From Trichlorobacter thiogenes (GTDB lineage Bacteria > Desulfobacterota > Desulfuromonadia > Geobacterales > Pseudopelobacteraceae), in NCBI RefSeq assembly GCF_900167465.1, contig NZ_FUWR01000013.1:16288-80287 (forward strand): a stretch of DNA of 64,000 bases, given 5' to 3'. Below are positions 39,073 through 49,038 of this stretch, in pieces. Under the pieces are notes generated by a model that did not search any database, was not told the DNA's origin, and saw only the letters and a program-made list of their open reading frames with translations. A program made the position numbers and the translations under genes. The number at the start of each line of letters is the position of its first letter. The first letter of the stretch is position 1.

Positions 39073-39516
39073 TCAGGCCCGGTTCATCTTCATCAGCACC
39101 ATGCCTGATGCCGGGTCCAGTTCCCGCTCAATACTGACATCCAGTATCTCGGTAAGCACCACTTCAAGCACCAGAAATGTTCGCGTGGCTTCCCGCAGAC
39201 ATCCGGCCTTAACGCTGTCATGCTTACCATAGGCACCATGGAAATGCACCTTGGGCTGATCCTTATCCCAGAAGACCGTACCGAACCCGACCGCTTCATG
39301 GCTTTCCTGCAGTTCGCGCCAGACCGGGATTGGCGGCATCTCTTCTGTTTCCGGCCCCACTACAAAACGGCCTGCTTTCATACCACCCACTATGTTAAAG
39401 CTGGCAGCCCGGATATTTTCAGTACGACAGATCTCTGAAATACCTGCCAGCAGATCCTCACTATCGCCAAAGCGTGCCACAATAATCCTGCCAGGTCTCC
39501 CTGTTTGATATTCCAC
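39073..39516 (-). CDS. PPC/DUF296-domain protein (putative DNA-binding)
   Basis: 147 aa. GTG start with GAGGAG SD. Assignment from overall pattern only, moderate. Confidence 0.4.
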   Translation of the reverse strand: MEYQTGRPGRIIVARFGDSEDLLAGISEICRTENIRAASFNIVGGMKAGRFVVGPETEEMPPIPVWRELQESHEAVGFGTVFWDKDQPKVHFHGAYGKHDSVKAGCLREATRTFLVLEVVLTEILDVSIERELDPASGMVLMKMNRA

Positions 39517-39555
39517 CGTATGCTCCTCTTCAGTTCAACTCCATAACCAAAACCA

Positions 39556-40164
39556 CTATCCCAGCCCCACCTTGATGGCGTAGCGCACCAGCTCTGCAGT
39601 GGTATGTATGCGCAGCTTATTCATAATATTGGTGCGATGGTTATCCACTGTTTTGTTACTGATTCCCAGAGACTCTCCGATCAAGCGACTGCTCATGCCA
39701 CAGGCCACCAGCCGGATAACCTCCAGCTCCCTGTCTGTCAGAAAATGTCCTTCATGCAACGGAGCAGACTGTTCTGCAGCATCCAGTAAAACCGAGCCAT
39801 CCGCAACGTTCCTGATGGTCTGCAGCAGCTGTTCAAAGGCAAATTCTTTATTAACATAGCCATTTGCGCCGCTTACTCTCGCCCGTTCCAGCATCAGCGG
39901 GTCGTCGTGGGTTGTCAGGATAACCACCGGCGTCGCATCACCCTCACGCCGCAAGGCAGCAACGGTTGAAAGACCGTCAAGGCCCGGCATAGAAATATCA
40001 AGAATGGCAAGCGTAGGACGCAGTTTGCGGATCAGGACCAGCGCCTCATCCCCCCTGCTGCACTCACCCACAATTTCACAATCATCAGCCATGGCGATTA
40101 ACGAGCGTAGCCCTTGGCGAAATATGGCATGGTCATCTGCAATAACCAATTGAATCAATGGCAT
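39556..40164 (-). CDS. NarL/FixJ-family response regulator (REC + LuxR HTH)
   Basis: VIADDHAIFRQGL...D...LDISMPGLDG. C-terminal LuxR HTH ELEVIRLVACGMSSRLIGESLGISNKTV. Confidence 0.85.
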   Translation of the reverse strand: MPLIQLVIADDHAIFRQGLRSLIAMADDCEIVGECSRGDEALVLIRKLRPTLAILDISMPGLDGLSTVAALRREGDATPVVILTTHDDPLMLERARVSGANGYVNKEFAFEQLLQTIRNVADGSVLLDAAEQSAPLHEGHFLTDRELEVIRLVACGMSSRLIGESLGISNKTVDNHRTNIMNKLRIHTTAELVRYAIKVGLG

Positions 40165-41864
40165 GGTAGCTCCACAAAAATTCTTGTGCCCTGGCCTTCA
40201 GGAGAATCGATCACCAGACGCCCACCGACAAGAGCAACCCGTTCCTGCATAATCATCAGCCCTGACCCGCCTGACATACCCACCTGCGCCCCACCCTTGC
40301 CATCATCACTCACGGTCAGGACGATGGTTTCCCCCTGACGTTGCAGAGAAACCTGGACACGCTTGGCAGCAGCATGTTTCAAGATATTGGTCAGGCTTTC
40401 CTGACAGACCCGAAACAGTACCAGACTGCAGCGGTCACCAACCGTATCAAACTCTCCGGCAGACTGCACCAGTAATGATACGCCACCGTCTTTTTCCAGA
40501 TTACGGCAGAGCCAGCGTACCGCTTCTTCGATATTCATGCCGGATAACGGCAGGGGGCGTAGCGAGACAACCAGGTTCCGCAGCTCTGATGAAGCGTTCT
40601 GTACATCCCGGATCAACTCGTTGATGGCACTGCGTTCACCACTTCTATCCGCTCCAACGGCACCCAGCAACAGTTTCAGCCGGAGCAGAACTGCATGCAA
40701 TGCCTGTCCGATACCATCATGCAGCTCACGGGAAATACGGGTCCGCTCCTCATGTTCAACCCGTTCCTGCTGTGTCAGCAGACTTTCTTCATACTGTGCT
40801 CTGGCTGTCTGTTCCGCCAGCTCAGCCATGCTACTGCGCCAACGGAGCAAGAGCCAGAGAGCAACGGCAAGCATAACGGCAAAACCGGTCAATTCCAGCA
40901 CAAAGCTGCGCTTAACAGCCACTACCAGCGGTTCCACAGCGTAGCAAACCAGATACCCCCCCTTGCCACCGGTAACTTCCGGTACCGGCACAAACGAGAC
41001 AACATAACCGATCCCCCGATGCACAATCCCCACTGAAAACTGTTCACCCCGTACCATGCGCTGTATGGTATCGGCATCTTTACTGAGTTTTTTCGCTATG
41101 GCATCTGCTGTGATTGAAAGTGGTTTGGCAGTATCAGCATGATTTCTGGCAGGATTTTCAATCAACCAGGCGTCGGAAAAAGGGGATGGGGCATAGACGG
41201 AACGGAAGTCAGGAAACAGGCGTTCCTGAACCAGATCAGCATGTACCAGAAACTGATACTCCCGTTCGCTGGCATATTCTGTCATGGCACTCTGGACGGA
41301 TTTAAACGGAATGCTGGTTTCTACACTACCGATATGCTGTCCTTGATACTCAAGCGGCACGACATACCGGAAACCATCGATGATCCTGCCCGCTTCAAAA
41401 CCGATCACCGCCCGCTTTTCAGTATTGGCAATCCGCACAGATGGCCGCACACTAAACAGCTTATCACCAAAACGTTTGGGTTGATGAAAGCGGAGAAAGC
41501 TTTCACCATCTGGCAGATGAAAATGCAGCTGGCGCAAACGGTACTGCCAGAGCTCCTGGTAGGACCCCTGCAACCTGTTGTAGAGCTGGTGTCTCAGGAT
41601 TGTCTTGCCAGCCTCATCAGACTGCCAGGCCCGAGCGAACAGCGAAAGCACCTCTGGCTGACGTATCGTATCGCGCAGATAGATCTCTGTGGCAATTTTA
41701 TAGGTATGAATTGCAGCCCGGTACGATATTTCCAGCATCTCGGTATGCTGTTTATAATGCTGCTGCTGTCTTTCAATCCGGTCGAGGCTCAACAGCCCTC
41801 CACCGACAGCTGCAACAACAATAAATACCAACAGTATAGGAAAGATGCCGCGATTATTGACCAT
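40155..41864 (-). CDS. sensor histidine kinase (Cache-like periplasmic domain, HisKA_3/NarX-type)
   Basis: TM helix, periplasmic domain, second TM, then RISRELHDGIGQAL (HisKA_3) and HATPase_c. Overlaps the RR gene by 10 nt. Confidence 0.85.
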   Translation of the reverse strand: MVNNRGIFPILLVFIVVAAVGGGLLSLDRIERQQQHYKQHTEMLEISYRAAIHTYKIATEIYLRDTIRQPEVLSLFARAWQSDEAGKTILRHQLYNRLQGSYQELWQYRLRQLHFHLPDGESFLRFHQPKRFGDKLFSVRPSVRIANTEKRAVIGFEAGRIIDGFRYVVPLEYQGQHIGSVETSIPFKSVQSAMTEYASEREYQFLVHADLVQERLFPDFRSVYAPSPFSDAWLIENPARNHADTAKPLSITADAIAKKLSKDADTIQRMVRGEQFSVGIVHRGIGYVVSFVPVPEVTGGKGGYLVCYAVEPLVVAVKRSFVLELTGFAVMLAVALWLLLRWRSSMAELAEQTARAQYEESLLTQQERVEHEERTRISRELHDGIGQALHAVLLRLKLLLGAVGADRSGERSAINELIRDVQNASSELRNLVVSLRPLPLSGMNIEEAVRWLCRNLEKDGGVSLLVQSAGEFDTVGDRCSLVLFRVCQESLTNILKHAAAKRVQVSLQRQGETIVLTVSDDGKGGAQVGMSGGSGLMIMQERVALVGGRLVIDSPEGQGTRIFVELPCH

Positions 41865-41948
41865 CAGTCACCAGATTAGTGTAACGAGCAAACCGGTTAA
41901 CCTGCAATGAACATTATTTGCTGTACTTTGATCTGACACCAGACCGCA

Positions 41949-44609
41949 TCAGCTATCTGCCAGCACACGTGTAAGCTCTGTCAGTAATGATTTCAAACTT
42001 AATGGCTTGGACAAATAACCATCAAAGCCAAGCTCAAGCAGCCGTTCCGAGTCCCCCCGCAGGGCATGGGCGGTCAAGGCAATTACCGGGGTGTGCTGCG
42101 CCGTAACCTGTTCTTGCTGACGCAGCAGTTGTAACGCCTCTACCCCGCCCATTTCAGGCATCTGGATATCCATCAGGAGCAGATCGATCCCCCCCTGTTT
42201 CCAGCGTTCCAATGCCTCTCTTCCGTTATCCGCCACCTCGACAACAAGATGCAGCTTATTCAACAGGCCAACAATAAACTTCTGGTTCATGCTGTTATCT
42301 TCAGCCACCAGCACCGTCAGACGCCGTCCTGACCAGACCTGCTGTTCAGGCTGCCCGGACCCGTCGGCAGGTTGGTCTCTATCGGCGCCACTGATCTCAA
42401 ACGGCAGATCCAGATGAAAACTGCTGCCCTGGCCAAGCCTGCTCTCCACCGAAATAGCGCCCCCCATCAGTTCTGCCAGTTGCCGACAGATCGTCAGCCC
42501 CAAACCGGTGCCGCCAAATTTTCTGGTTGTTGAGCAGTCTGCCTGGGAAAACGGGGCAAAAACCTTTTGCTGTTCCTCATCGGTCATGCCGATGCCGGTG
42601 TCACTGACACTGATTCTGATCAGCAGCTTCAACTGCTGCTGATCCAGCAGCTGAACCGCAACCCCGATACTGCCCTGTTCAGTGAACTTGATAGCATTCC
42701 CCAGCAGGTTCAACAGAATCTGTTTGAAACGCAACTGATCCCCGCGAATAATTTCAGGCAGGCTATCCGGCAGCTCAAGATTCATCTGTAACTTTTTCTT
42801 GTGAATCAGCGAGATCTGGGTATTCAGAATATCGTTAATGGCGCGACGCAGGGAAAAATCGACATTTTCCAGCTCCACCTTGCCAGCCTCAATTTTAGAG
42901 AGATCAAGTACGTCATTGATCAGGGCCAGCAAGCTGTCGCCAGAGCTTTTGATATAGGACAGGTATTCTTCCTGCTGATCGGTCAGCTCGGTATAGCCCA
43001 ATAGCTCAGCCATCCCCAGCACACCGTTCATCGGGGTACGGATTTCATGGCTCATATTGGCAAGAAACTCACTCTTGGCCTGATTGGCTGCATCTGCAGC
43101 CTGCCGGGCCTTCTGCAACTCCTCCTCATGGCTTTTCCGATCGGTAATATCACGACACGAGCAGTCAATCAGTTTTTGGCCAGCCCAATAGCAGACACTG
43201 GATGAAATATCCACGTCATAGACCGACCCATCCTTACGGCGATGGCGGGTTTCAAAGAGGCCACCGCTATGGTCAAGCTGCTCTATCATCAGCCGCAGTT
43301 CGTCCTGTTTGAAACAGGCATCCCAGTCCCAGACATGCAGTTCAAGCAGCTCTTCCGGGGTATAGCCCAGCATCTCCGCAAAACGCCGGTTAGCTTCAAA
43401 GACCTTACCATCGGCATCAAGCACCACAATACCATCACGGGACTGCTCAAAGATCTGCCGGCGACGGACTGCCTCTTCTTCCGCAGCCCGGACGTTTTCT
43501 TCCAGCAGGCTGTTGGTCTGGCTTAGCTGCTCCACCAACATGCGCAATTCAAGTTTACCCTCTGTCAGCTCCTGGGTCTTTTCCTCCACCTTACGGCGCA
43601 GTTGAACTCCCCAGGCCAACACCAGCACCGTGCCGATAATCCCTGCAAGTGAGATATGCAGTATATACGGGATCAGCCGCTGTATCCCTTCATGCTTCGG
43701 TTCCATGCCGGTACCAAGCCATTTACGACTGATGCCGTCAATGACCCCCTCTTCACGGGCGTGATTCAAGCTCTTTGCCATGATGGAAGCCAGAAGCGGA
43801 TTCCCCTTGCTGGTGGCCATGCAGTTCTTGCCCACATAGAGCGGATCGCCAACCTTCTTGGCTTTGGCGGTCAAACGATTGCTGTACAGGTGGTACAACA
43901 CAATCTGCTCATCCCCGATCAGCGCATCCGCAGTCCCGGCAATAACCGCATCAGTGGCCTGGGCGAAATTTTCCGTTGGCACCAGCTCAAACCTGATCCC
44001 CTGTGACTCAAGAAACTCCTTGGCATAGTCGCCACGTTGAATAGCGATCCGCTTGCCCTGCAGATCGCGAAGGCGGGTGATATCAGGACGATCAGCCTTG
44101 ACAAAAATAGACGCGGGGACGTCAATAATCGGATCGCTAAAACTGAATGTAGCTGCCCGTTTATCACTATAAAAAAGACTGGTGATAACATCGGCAGAAC
44201 CGGACAGTACCGCCTGCTGGGCCTCTTGAAAGCTCATACTGACAAAGCGGGTCTGCAGCCCCATTTCAGTTGCCATCCAATGGGCAAGCTCAACGCTGAT
44301 ACCATCCAGGGAGCCGTCTTTTTGACGAAATTCAAAGGGGGGATAGCTGGATTGACTGACAAAAACGATCGGACCGTGTGAGGCAAGCCAGGCTTGCTCT
44401 TCAGGGGTAAAGGGAGAACTGCTGCCGGATCGGTTTCCGGCAAGACCAACAGCAGAAGAAAACAGCAGTGATGTCAGCAGTAAAACAATAAAAAAGCGGA
44501 GGTAGCGGATACCGGCACGCATCAGAGCACCTGCCTTCCGGCCGGGCATCTGAGGTCTGCTGCCCCACAGCAACAATGCACGGTATAAAAGAGAATCATC
44601 GTGTTGCAC
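41949..44609 (-). CDS. hybrid sensor kinase: periplasmic SBP_bac_3 domain-TM-PAS-HisKA-HATPase-REC
   Basis: FVSQSSYPPFEF...GISVELAHW... (solute-binding fold), [13 protein letters not shown] (H-box), C-terminal REC. Confidence 0.85.
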   Translation of the reverse strand: MQHDDSLLYRALLLWGSRPQMPGRKAGALMRAGIRYLRFFIVLLLTSLLFSSAVGLAGNRSGSSSPFTPEEQAWLASHGPIVFVSQSSYPPFEFRQKDGSLDGISVELAHWMATEMGLQTRFVSMSFQEAQQAVLSGSADVITSLFYSDKRAATFSFSDPIIDVPASIFVKADRPDITRLRDLQGKRIAIQRGDYAKEFLESQGIRFELVPTENFAQATDAVIAGTADALIGDEQIVLYHLYSNRLTAKAKKVGDPLYVGKNCMATSKGNPLLASIMAKSLNHAREEGVIDGISRKWLGTGMEPKHEGIQRLIPYILHISLAGIIGTVLVLAWGVQLRRKVEEKTQELTEGKLELRMLVEQLSQTNSLLEENVRAAEEEAVRRRQIFEQSRDGIVVLDADGKVFEANRRFAEMLGYTPEELLELHVWDWDACFKQDELRLMIEQLDHSGGLFETRHRRKDGSVYDVDISSSVCYWAGQKLIDCSCRDITDRKSHEEELQKARQAADAANQAKSEFLANMSHEIRTPMNGVLGMAELLGYTELTDQQEEYLSYIKSSGDSLLALINDVLDLSKIEAGKVELENVDFSLRRAINDILNTQISLIHKKKLQMNLELPDSLPEIIRGDQLRFKQILLNLLGNAIKFTEQGSIGVAVQLLDQQQLKLLIRISVSDTGIGMTDEEQQKVFAPFSQADCSTTRKFGGTGLGLTICRQLAELMGGAISVESRLGQGSSFHLDLPFEISGADRDQPADGSGQPEQQVWSGRRLTVLVAEDNSMNQKFIVGLLNKLHLVVEVADNGREALERWKQGGIDLLLMDIQMPEMGGVEALQLLRQQEQVTAQHTPVIALTAHALRGDSERLLELGFDGYLSKPLSLKSLLTELTRVLADS

Positions 44610-44697
44610 TTCCTGTCACCGGGCAGGCCCGGAAGGCATGGAAAATGAGTAAGCAGTTCACGGTAACTCTTAACACGATGGTAACATCTTGTATATG

Positions 44698-44729
44698 GGG
44701 TGATCACCCCAGTTTTGTTTGTTTTTTTA
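44698..44729 (+). terminator. plus-strand-oriented intrinsic terminator GGGGTGA|TCACCCC + TTTTGTTTGTTTTTTT
   Basis: Perfect 7-bp GC stem followed by a 16-nt T-rich tract on the plus strand. Both flanking genes are on the minus strand. Confidence 0.5.
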
Positions 44730-44783
44730 GCAGCGACACAAGATCAGAATAAAAATTAATCACCAGTGGTAATGCCTGCGATG

Positions 44784-46364
44784 TTAGGCCTGGGCAGGCG
44801 CTGTTTCCAACCTGAACTTCTGCACCATGCTGGACAGCTTATCCACCTGGCGCTCAAGCCCATGGGCTGCTTCAGATGAGTGGGCAGCACTGTCGGCATT
44901 TTTCTGGGTGACCTGATTGATCTGGGCAACAGCCTGGTTGATCTGATCAATACCGTCAGCCTGTTCTGCTGTTGCTCGTGAGATCTCATCGGTCAGCAGA
45001 CTGATGGTCCTGGCCCCTTCAACCGCACCACGCAGCTGCCGGTTGATGTCCCGTGACAGCTCTTCACCACTGCGGGAAAGCTGCAGCGAGGTACGGGTCA
45101 TCTGCTCAGTCCGCTTGGCTGCATCGGCAGAACGGCTGGCCAGGCTGTGAATTTCATCGGTCAACAACTTGAAGTCATTACCGGCCCCTTCCACATGGGC
45201 AGCCTCAATGGCGGCATTAACCCCCAGCAGGTTTGAGAACATGGCCACATCTTCCAGATCATCAATCAACAACTGAAAGTCATCCCGCAACTTCTCCGCC
45301 TCTTCGCCCTCGCCCAACGAGACCTGTTTGCTGAACTGCTTCATCCCTTTGGCTGTTTCTGTACAGCGTTGCCCCAGTTTTCTGATCTCATGGGCAACCA
45401 CCCCGAATCCGCCTGCCGAGGTCCTGATCCTGACCGCCTTATCCATGGCGCTGGTGGAAAGGGTACCGGTCTCTTTGGCAATCCCGTCGATCTCATTGAC
45501 AATGGCGGTGGTGTTTTCCGCTGCCTCACGCACCTTGACCATCGCCCCCAGCATCTGCTCCATTGACTCCTGGGCCTGCTCCATGGTCTGGGCCGCCTCA
45601 TGCACCTTTTCCCTGGCCTCGCTGGTCTTACTGGTACTGGTAGCAGCCCCTACTGCAATCCGCTCCAGGTTACTGGAGGTCTCAGCCAGCTGGTTGCTCT
45701 GCTCTGCAGCGCCATCAGACACAACTGCGTTACCTTCACTGATCTGCTGACCTGCCTCTGACACCAGTTCCACAGTTTCTGACACTTGTGAGATGGCACT
45801 GTGCAGCGCCTCTGCGGTGGTGTTCATCGCCTTGCGGATCACGGCATGATCGCCGTGGTAGCGGCCCCGCATCCGGGCACTCAGGTCATAGTCTGCCAGC
45901 CGCCCCAGCACACTGCTGGCTTCGTTAACCGGATCAAGCACCGCATCCAGCGTGCCGTTCATGCCCCGGATCAGCTCTTTCCAGATACCGTCATAATCCC
46001 AGTCATTACCCCGGGTCTTCAGGTTCCCCTCCCGCACCGAATCGGTCAGGTTGGTGGTCTCTTTATGCATGCCGTACAGAATGGCCAGCAGGGTGTTGAT
46101 GTTCTGTTTAATGGTGTTGTATTCGCCCTGATACTCATCAATCACAAAGGGCGGAATCCGTCCGTGGGCAATCTCATCCAGGGCATGGCCAGCCAGACGC
46201 ATCGGTGCAATCAGCGCATCAAGCATGCCGTTTACCAGATTAAGCAGTTCTGCATCCTGAGAAGAATGCCCGGCAGTATCACAGCGCTGGTCAAGTCTGC
46301 CCGCCACCATCGCTTCAGCAACAGCCTGGATGGCATTATAGACGGTCAGTTGTTGGTTACTCAT
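44784..46364 (-). CDS. soluble methyl-accepting chemotaxis protein
   Basis: No TM helices. HAMP-like repeats then the MCP signalling domain (...GFGVVAHEIRKLG...). 526 aa. Confidence 0.8.
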   Translation of the reverse strand: MSNQQLTVYNAIQAVAEAMVAGRLDQRCDTAGHSSQDAELLNLVNGMLDALIAPMRLAGHALDEIAHGRIPPFVIDEYQGEYNTIKQNINTLLAILYGMHKETTNLTDSVREGNLKTRGNDWDYDGIWKELIRGMNGTLDAVLDPVNEASSVLGRLADYDLSARMRGRYHGDHAVIRKAMNTTAEALHSAISQVSETVELVSEAGQQISEGNAVVSDGAAEQSNQLAETSSNLERIAVGAATSTSKTSEAREKVHEAAQTMEQAQESMEQMLGAMVKVREAAENTTAIVNEIDGIAKETGTLSTSAMDKAVRIRTSAGGFGVVAHEIRKLGQRCTETAKGMKQFSKQVSLGEGEEAEKLRDDFQLLIDDLEDVAMFSNLLGVNAAIEAAHVEGAGNDFKLLTDEIHSLASRSADAAKRTEQMTRTSLQLSRSGEELSRDINRQLRGAVEGARTISLLTDEISRATAEQADGIDQINQAVAQINQVTQKNADSAAHSSEAAHGLERQVDKLSSMVQKFRLETAPAQA

Positions 46365-46887
46365 GGCAGGTCTCCCGGTTAGGTATAAACGACAGATTCA
46401 GTTCTTTGCAGATGGCTGCGACCGCAAGCGGTACAGCGGCAGCAACGTCAGGGGTCATGGCAGCACCCAATTGATCAAAACAGCGTCCTTCAACCCCCAC
46501 CAGCAGGATCCGCTCCGGCATCCGCTCCGGGTACAGGGTCTGGCCGATGGCCAGGGTATCTTTCAGTCCAATGCCGTGGGCAGAGATGGCGCTGCCCCCT
46601 TCAAGTACCGGCAGTTCATCCCAGGACCAGAGCCGCACCGTGCCGATGGGATCGCCAAGCTGCACCGCATCAACCACGATCATCAGCTCTTCCTGACCGG
46701 TCAGCAGCTCCAGCAGGGCGATACCGCCGACACCGCAGTATTCCAGCCTGACAGCCTCCGGCAGCCCCTGTTCAGCAAGCTGCGTAAAGACAGCGTACCC
46801 CACGGCGTCATCAGCCACCAGTTCATTGCCGATACAGACCACCAGGGCCTGGGCAGCGGTCACTGGCTGCAGGTGGTTATTCTGCAT
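46357..46887 (-). CDS. [NiFe]-hydrogenase maturation endopeptidase (HyaD/HybD/HycI family)
   Basis: LVVCIGNELVADDAVG...Q...H pattern. 176 aa. Overlaps the MCP start by 8 nt. Confidence 0.8.
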   Translation of the reverse strand: MQNNHLQPVTAAQALVVCIGNELVADDAVGYAVFTQLAEQGLPEAVRLEYCGVGGIALLELLTGQEELMIVVDAVQLGDPIGTVRLWSWDELPVLEGGSAISAHGIGLKDTLAIGQTLYPERMPERILLVGVEGRCFDQLGAAMTPDVAAAVPLAVAAICKELNLSFIPNRETCHE

Positions 46888-47321
46888 ACCGGGCCGGTTT
46901 CAACGATTTCTGACTTAACTGGCCGGTGCAGCAGTTCATTGACCATTCCGTCAAAGTAGGAATGAAACAGTCTGCAGACTGCGCTGCCGGTCTCAATGGA
47001 GCGCAAGGCGCAGACATCACGCAGGGCGCAACGTTCAAAGGTGATCTCTGAGGAGGTCTCAGTGGTGGTGCTGGCGGTCATCTGAAAGCCGGCCTGCATC
47101 CGTTTGGAAAGCACCTCCAGCACCGATGCAAGTGTTGGCTGATGCAGGTTAAGCGGCAACTTGCGGGCAATGGAGCGACCGGCAATCCTGCCCACCGGCG
47201 CCGTGGCGCCACCCATGATGTTATCAATGGTGTTGGCAAAGCTCTCAATCAGAAAGGCCACCTCGGTAAAGGCCTTCTGGTGGTCCTCAGGGGTCATCTG
47301 CAGGGCGTTATCGTTGGTCAT
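46860..47321 (-). CDS. V4R-like Cys-containing small protein in the hydrogenase operon
   Basis: FERCALRDVCALRSIETGSAVCRLFHSYFDGMVNELL...VCRITTC pattern resembles a V4R domain (inference). Confidence 0.35.
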   Translation of the reverse strand: MTNDNALQMTPEDHQKAFTEVAFLIESFANTIDNIMGGATAPVGRIAGRSIARKLPLNLHQPTLASVLEVLSKRMQAGFQMTASTTTETSSEITFERCALRDVCALRSIETGSAVCRLFHSYFDGMVNELLHRPVKSEIVETGPVCRITTCSQ

Positions 47322-47584
47322 AGAAATTTCCCCATCCGCTTACTGAACTCAAGATCGCGGTAGAAGTTCTTTACCTGGTGATAGTTGTCATGGGTAATGG
47401 CGCCGGATGGGCAGATATAGGCGCAGGAGAGGCAGGCGATGCAGTCTTCTGCATGCCCCACCGTACAAAGACGTTTCTCCTCATCAAAATCAAATACCTT
47501 GGTGGGGCAGATATCAACGCACATCTCGCACCCCCGGCAGGCCTGGTCATGTACCTTTATTTCAACCGTAGAGCCTGTTGACAT
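47318..47584 (-). CDS. 2x[4Fe-4S] ferredoxin
   Basis: CRGCEMCVDICP and CIACLSCAYICP. 88 aa. Confidence 0.85.
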   Translation of the reverse strand: MSTGSTVEIKVHDQACRGCEMCVDICPTKVFDFDEEKRLCTVGHAEDCIACLSCAYICPSGAITHDNYHQVKNFYRDLEFSKRMGKFL

Positions 47585-47586
47585 GG

Positions 47587-49026
47587 CTACCTCCTGATGG
47601 TCTTGACGGTCTGGCCGCCACGGTTGATGCTGATCTCCATCGGCATGGCCCCCACCGCATGGGTGGCGCAGGAGAGACAGGGGTCATAACAGCGGATGCT
47701 GAACTCAATGGCATTCAACAGGGCCTGATCATCACTCTTGCCGATAACGTGCGACGTTGCAGCATGCTCAATGGAACGGTTGATGATGGCGTAATTCTGC
47801 TGGGTGGCAACAATCAGGTTGGCTGCCCGCACAATGCCGTCTTCATCAATCTCATAGTCATGGATCAGGGTGCCACGGGGCGCCTCGGAATGGCCGACAG
47901 CACGTCCGCCCTGAAACTTGACCGGCACCCGTGTCTCGCCGTTCACTGCCGGATCACGCAGGATATCGTCTGCCCGTTCAATGGCCCAGATCATCTCAAC
48001 CAGTTTGGCATAGGCCTGGAACAGGGTGATGTGGCAGGGATAGCCGCCCAGCTTGAGCATCTCTTCCATCTCACGGTTAGCCCATTCGGTGCTGAACTGC
48101 TGCATGGCATTGATTCTGGCCAGGGGACCGACCCGGTAGTCATGCAGCAGGCCATCCTTTTTGAAACTGACCCGCTTCATATAGGAGAAGTCAACCACCG
48201 ACTCAACCATATACTTGTCATAGTCCTGCACCGGGAACTCAACCTGGGTGATACCATTTTCGTCAACCGCACGGATGTTGCCTTGAATCAGCGAGACCCG
48301 GTTATCCAGCACCGTCCCCACATTCCAGGAAGGGGCAACCCAGTCGGTCAGCATGGCCGGATGTTTTTCCAGCATGGTCACCACCAGCTGCTTGACCACC
48401 GGTGCCAGATCTTTGGCAAGCTGCTTGCCTTCATCCACCAGGCTCTGCAGCATGGCACGTTTTTCACTATCCAGCACAAAGGTGATGCCGCCAGCCACTG
48501 AGGTAACCGGATGGGTGCCGCGGCCCCCGACAATCTCGTTCAGGCGTTGACCAACGGTCCTGATCCGCAGCGCCTTTTTCGCCACCTCCGGGTTGGCCTG
48601 GACAATCCCCACCACGTTACGGATGGCCGGATCAGCATCCAGCCCCAGCACCAGATCCGGCCCCTGCAGCACAAACAGGGACAGGGCGTGGGAGTGGATA
48701 ATATGCCCCATATACATCAACTCCCGCAGCAGCATGGCAGCCGGTGGGGCAACCACACCACAGGCATGGTCAAGGGCGTTGGAGGCGGCAATATGGTGGG
48801 CTGTGGGGCAGACCCCGCAGATCCGGGCCGTGATGTGGGGCATCCGGTTGGCCTCCATCCCCACCAGGATCTTCTCAAAGCCACGCAGTTCGTTCACTAC
48901 CAGTCCGGCATTATCAAGAGAACCGTCTTCAGCCAGATTGACAAAGACCTTGGCATGACCTTCGATGCGGGTCACCGGGTCAATCCGGATGGTTCTGGAA
49001 TTGGGCGTTTCAGTTTGGGCAGACAT
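47587..49026 (-). CDS. [NiFe]-hydrogenase large subunit (cytoplasmic, group-3-like)
   Basis: N-terminal RIEGHAKV and RICGVCPTAH. C-terminal DPCLSCATHAVG. 479 aa. Confidence 0.9.
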   Translation of the reverse strand: MSAQTETPNSRTIRIDPVTRIEGHAKVFVNLAEDGSLDNAGLVVNELRGFEKILVGMEANRMPHITARICGVCPTAHHIAASNALDHACGVVAPPAAMLLRELMYMGHIIHSHALSLFVLQGPDLVLGLDADPAIRNVVGIVQANPEVAKKALRIRTVGQRLNEIVGGRGTHPVTSVAGGITFVLDSEKRAMLQSLVDEGKQLAKDLAPVVKQLVVTMLEKHPAMLTDWVAPSWNVGTVLDNRVSLIQGNIRAVDENGITQVEFPVQDYDKYMVESVVDFSYMKRVSFKKDGLLHDYRVGPLARINAMQQFSTEWANREMEEMLKLGGYPCHITLFQAYAKLVEMIWAIERADDILRDPAVNGETRVPVKFQGGRAVGHSEAPRGTLIHDYEIDEDGIVRAANLIVATQQNYAIINRSIEHAATSHVIGKSDDQALLNAIEFSIRCYDPCLSCATHAVGAMPMEISINRGGQTVKTIRR

Positions 49027-49038
49027 TACATACGCCTC

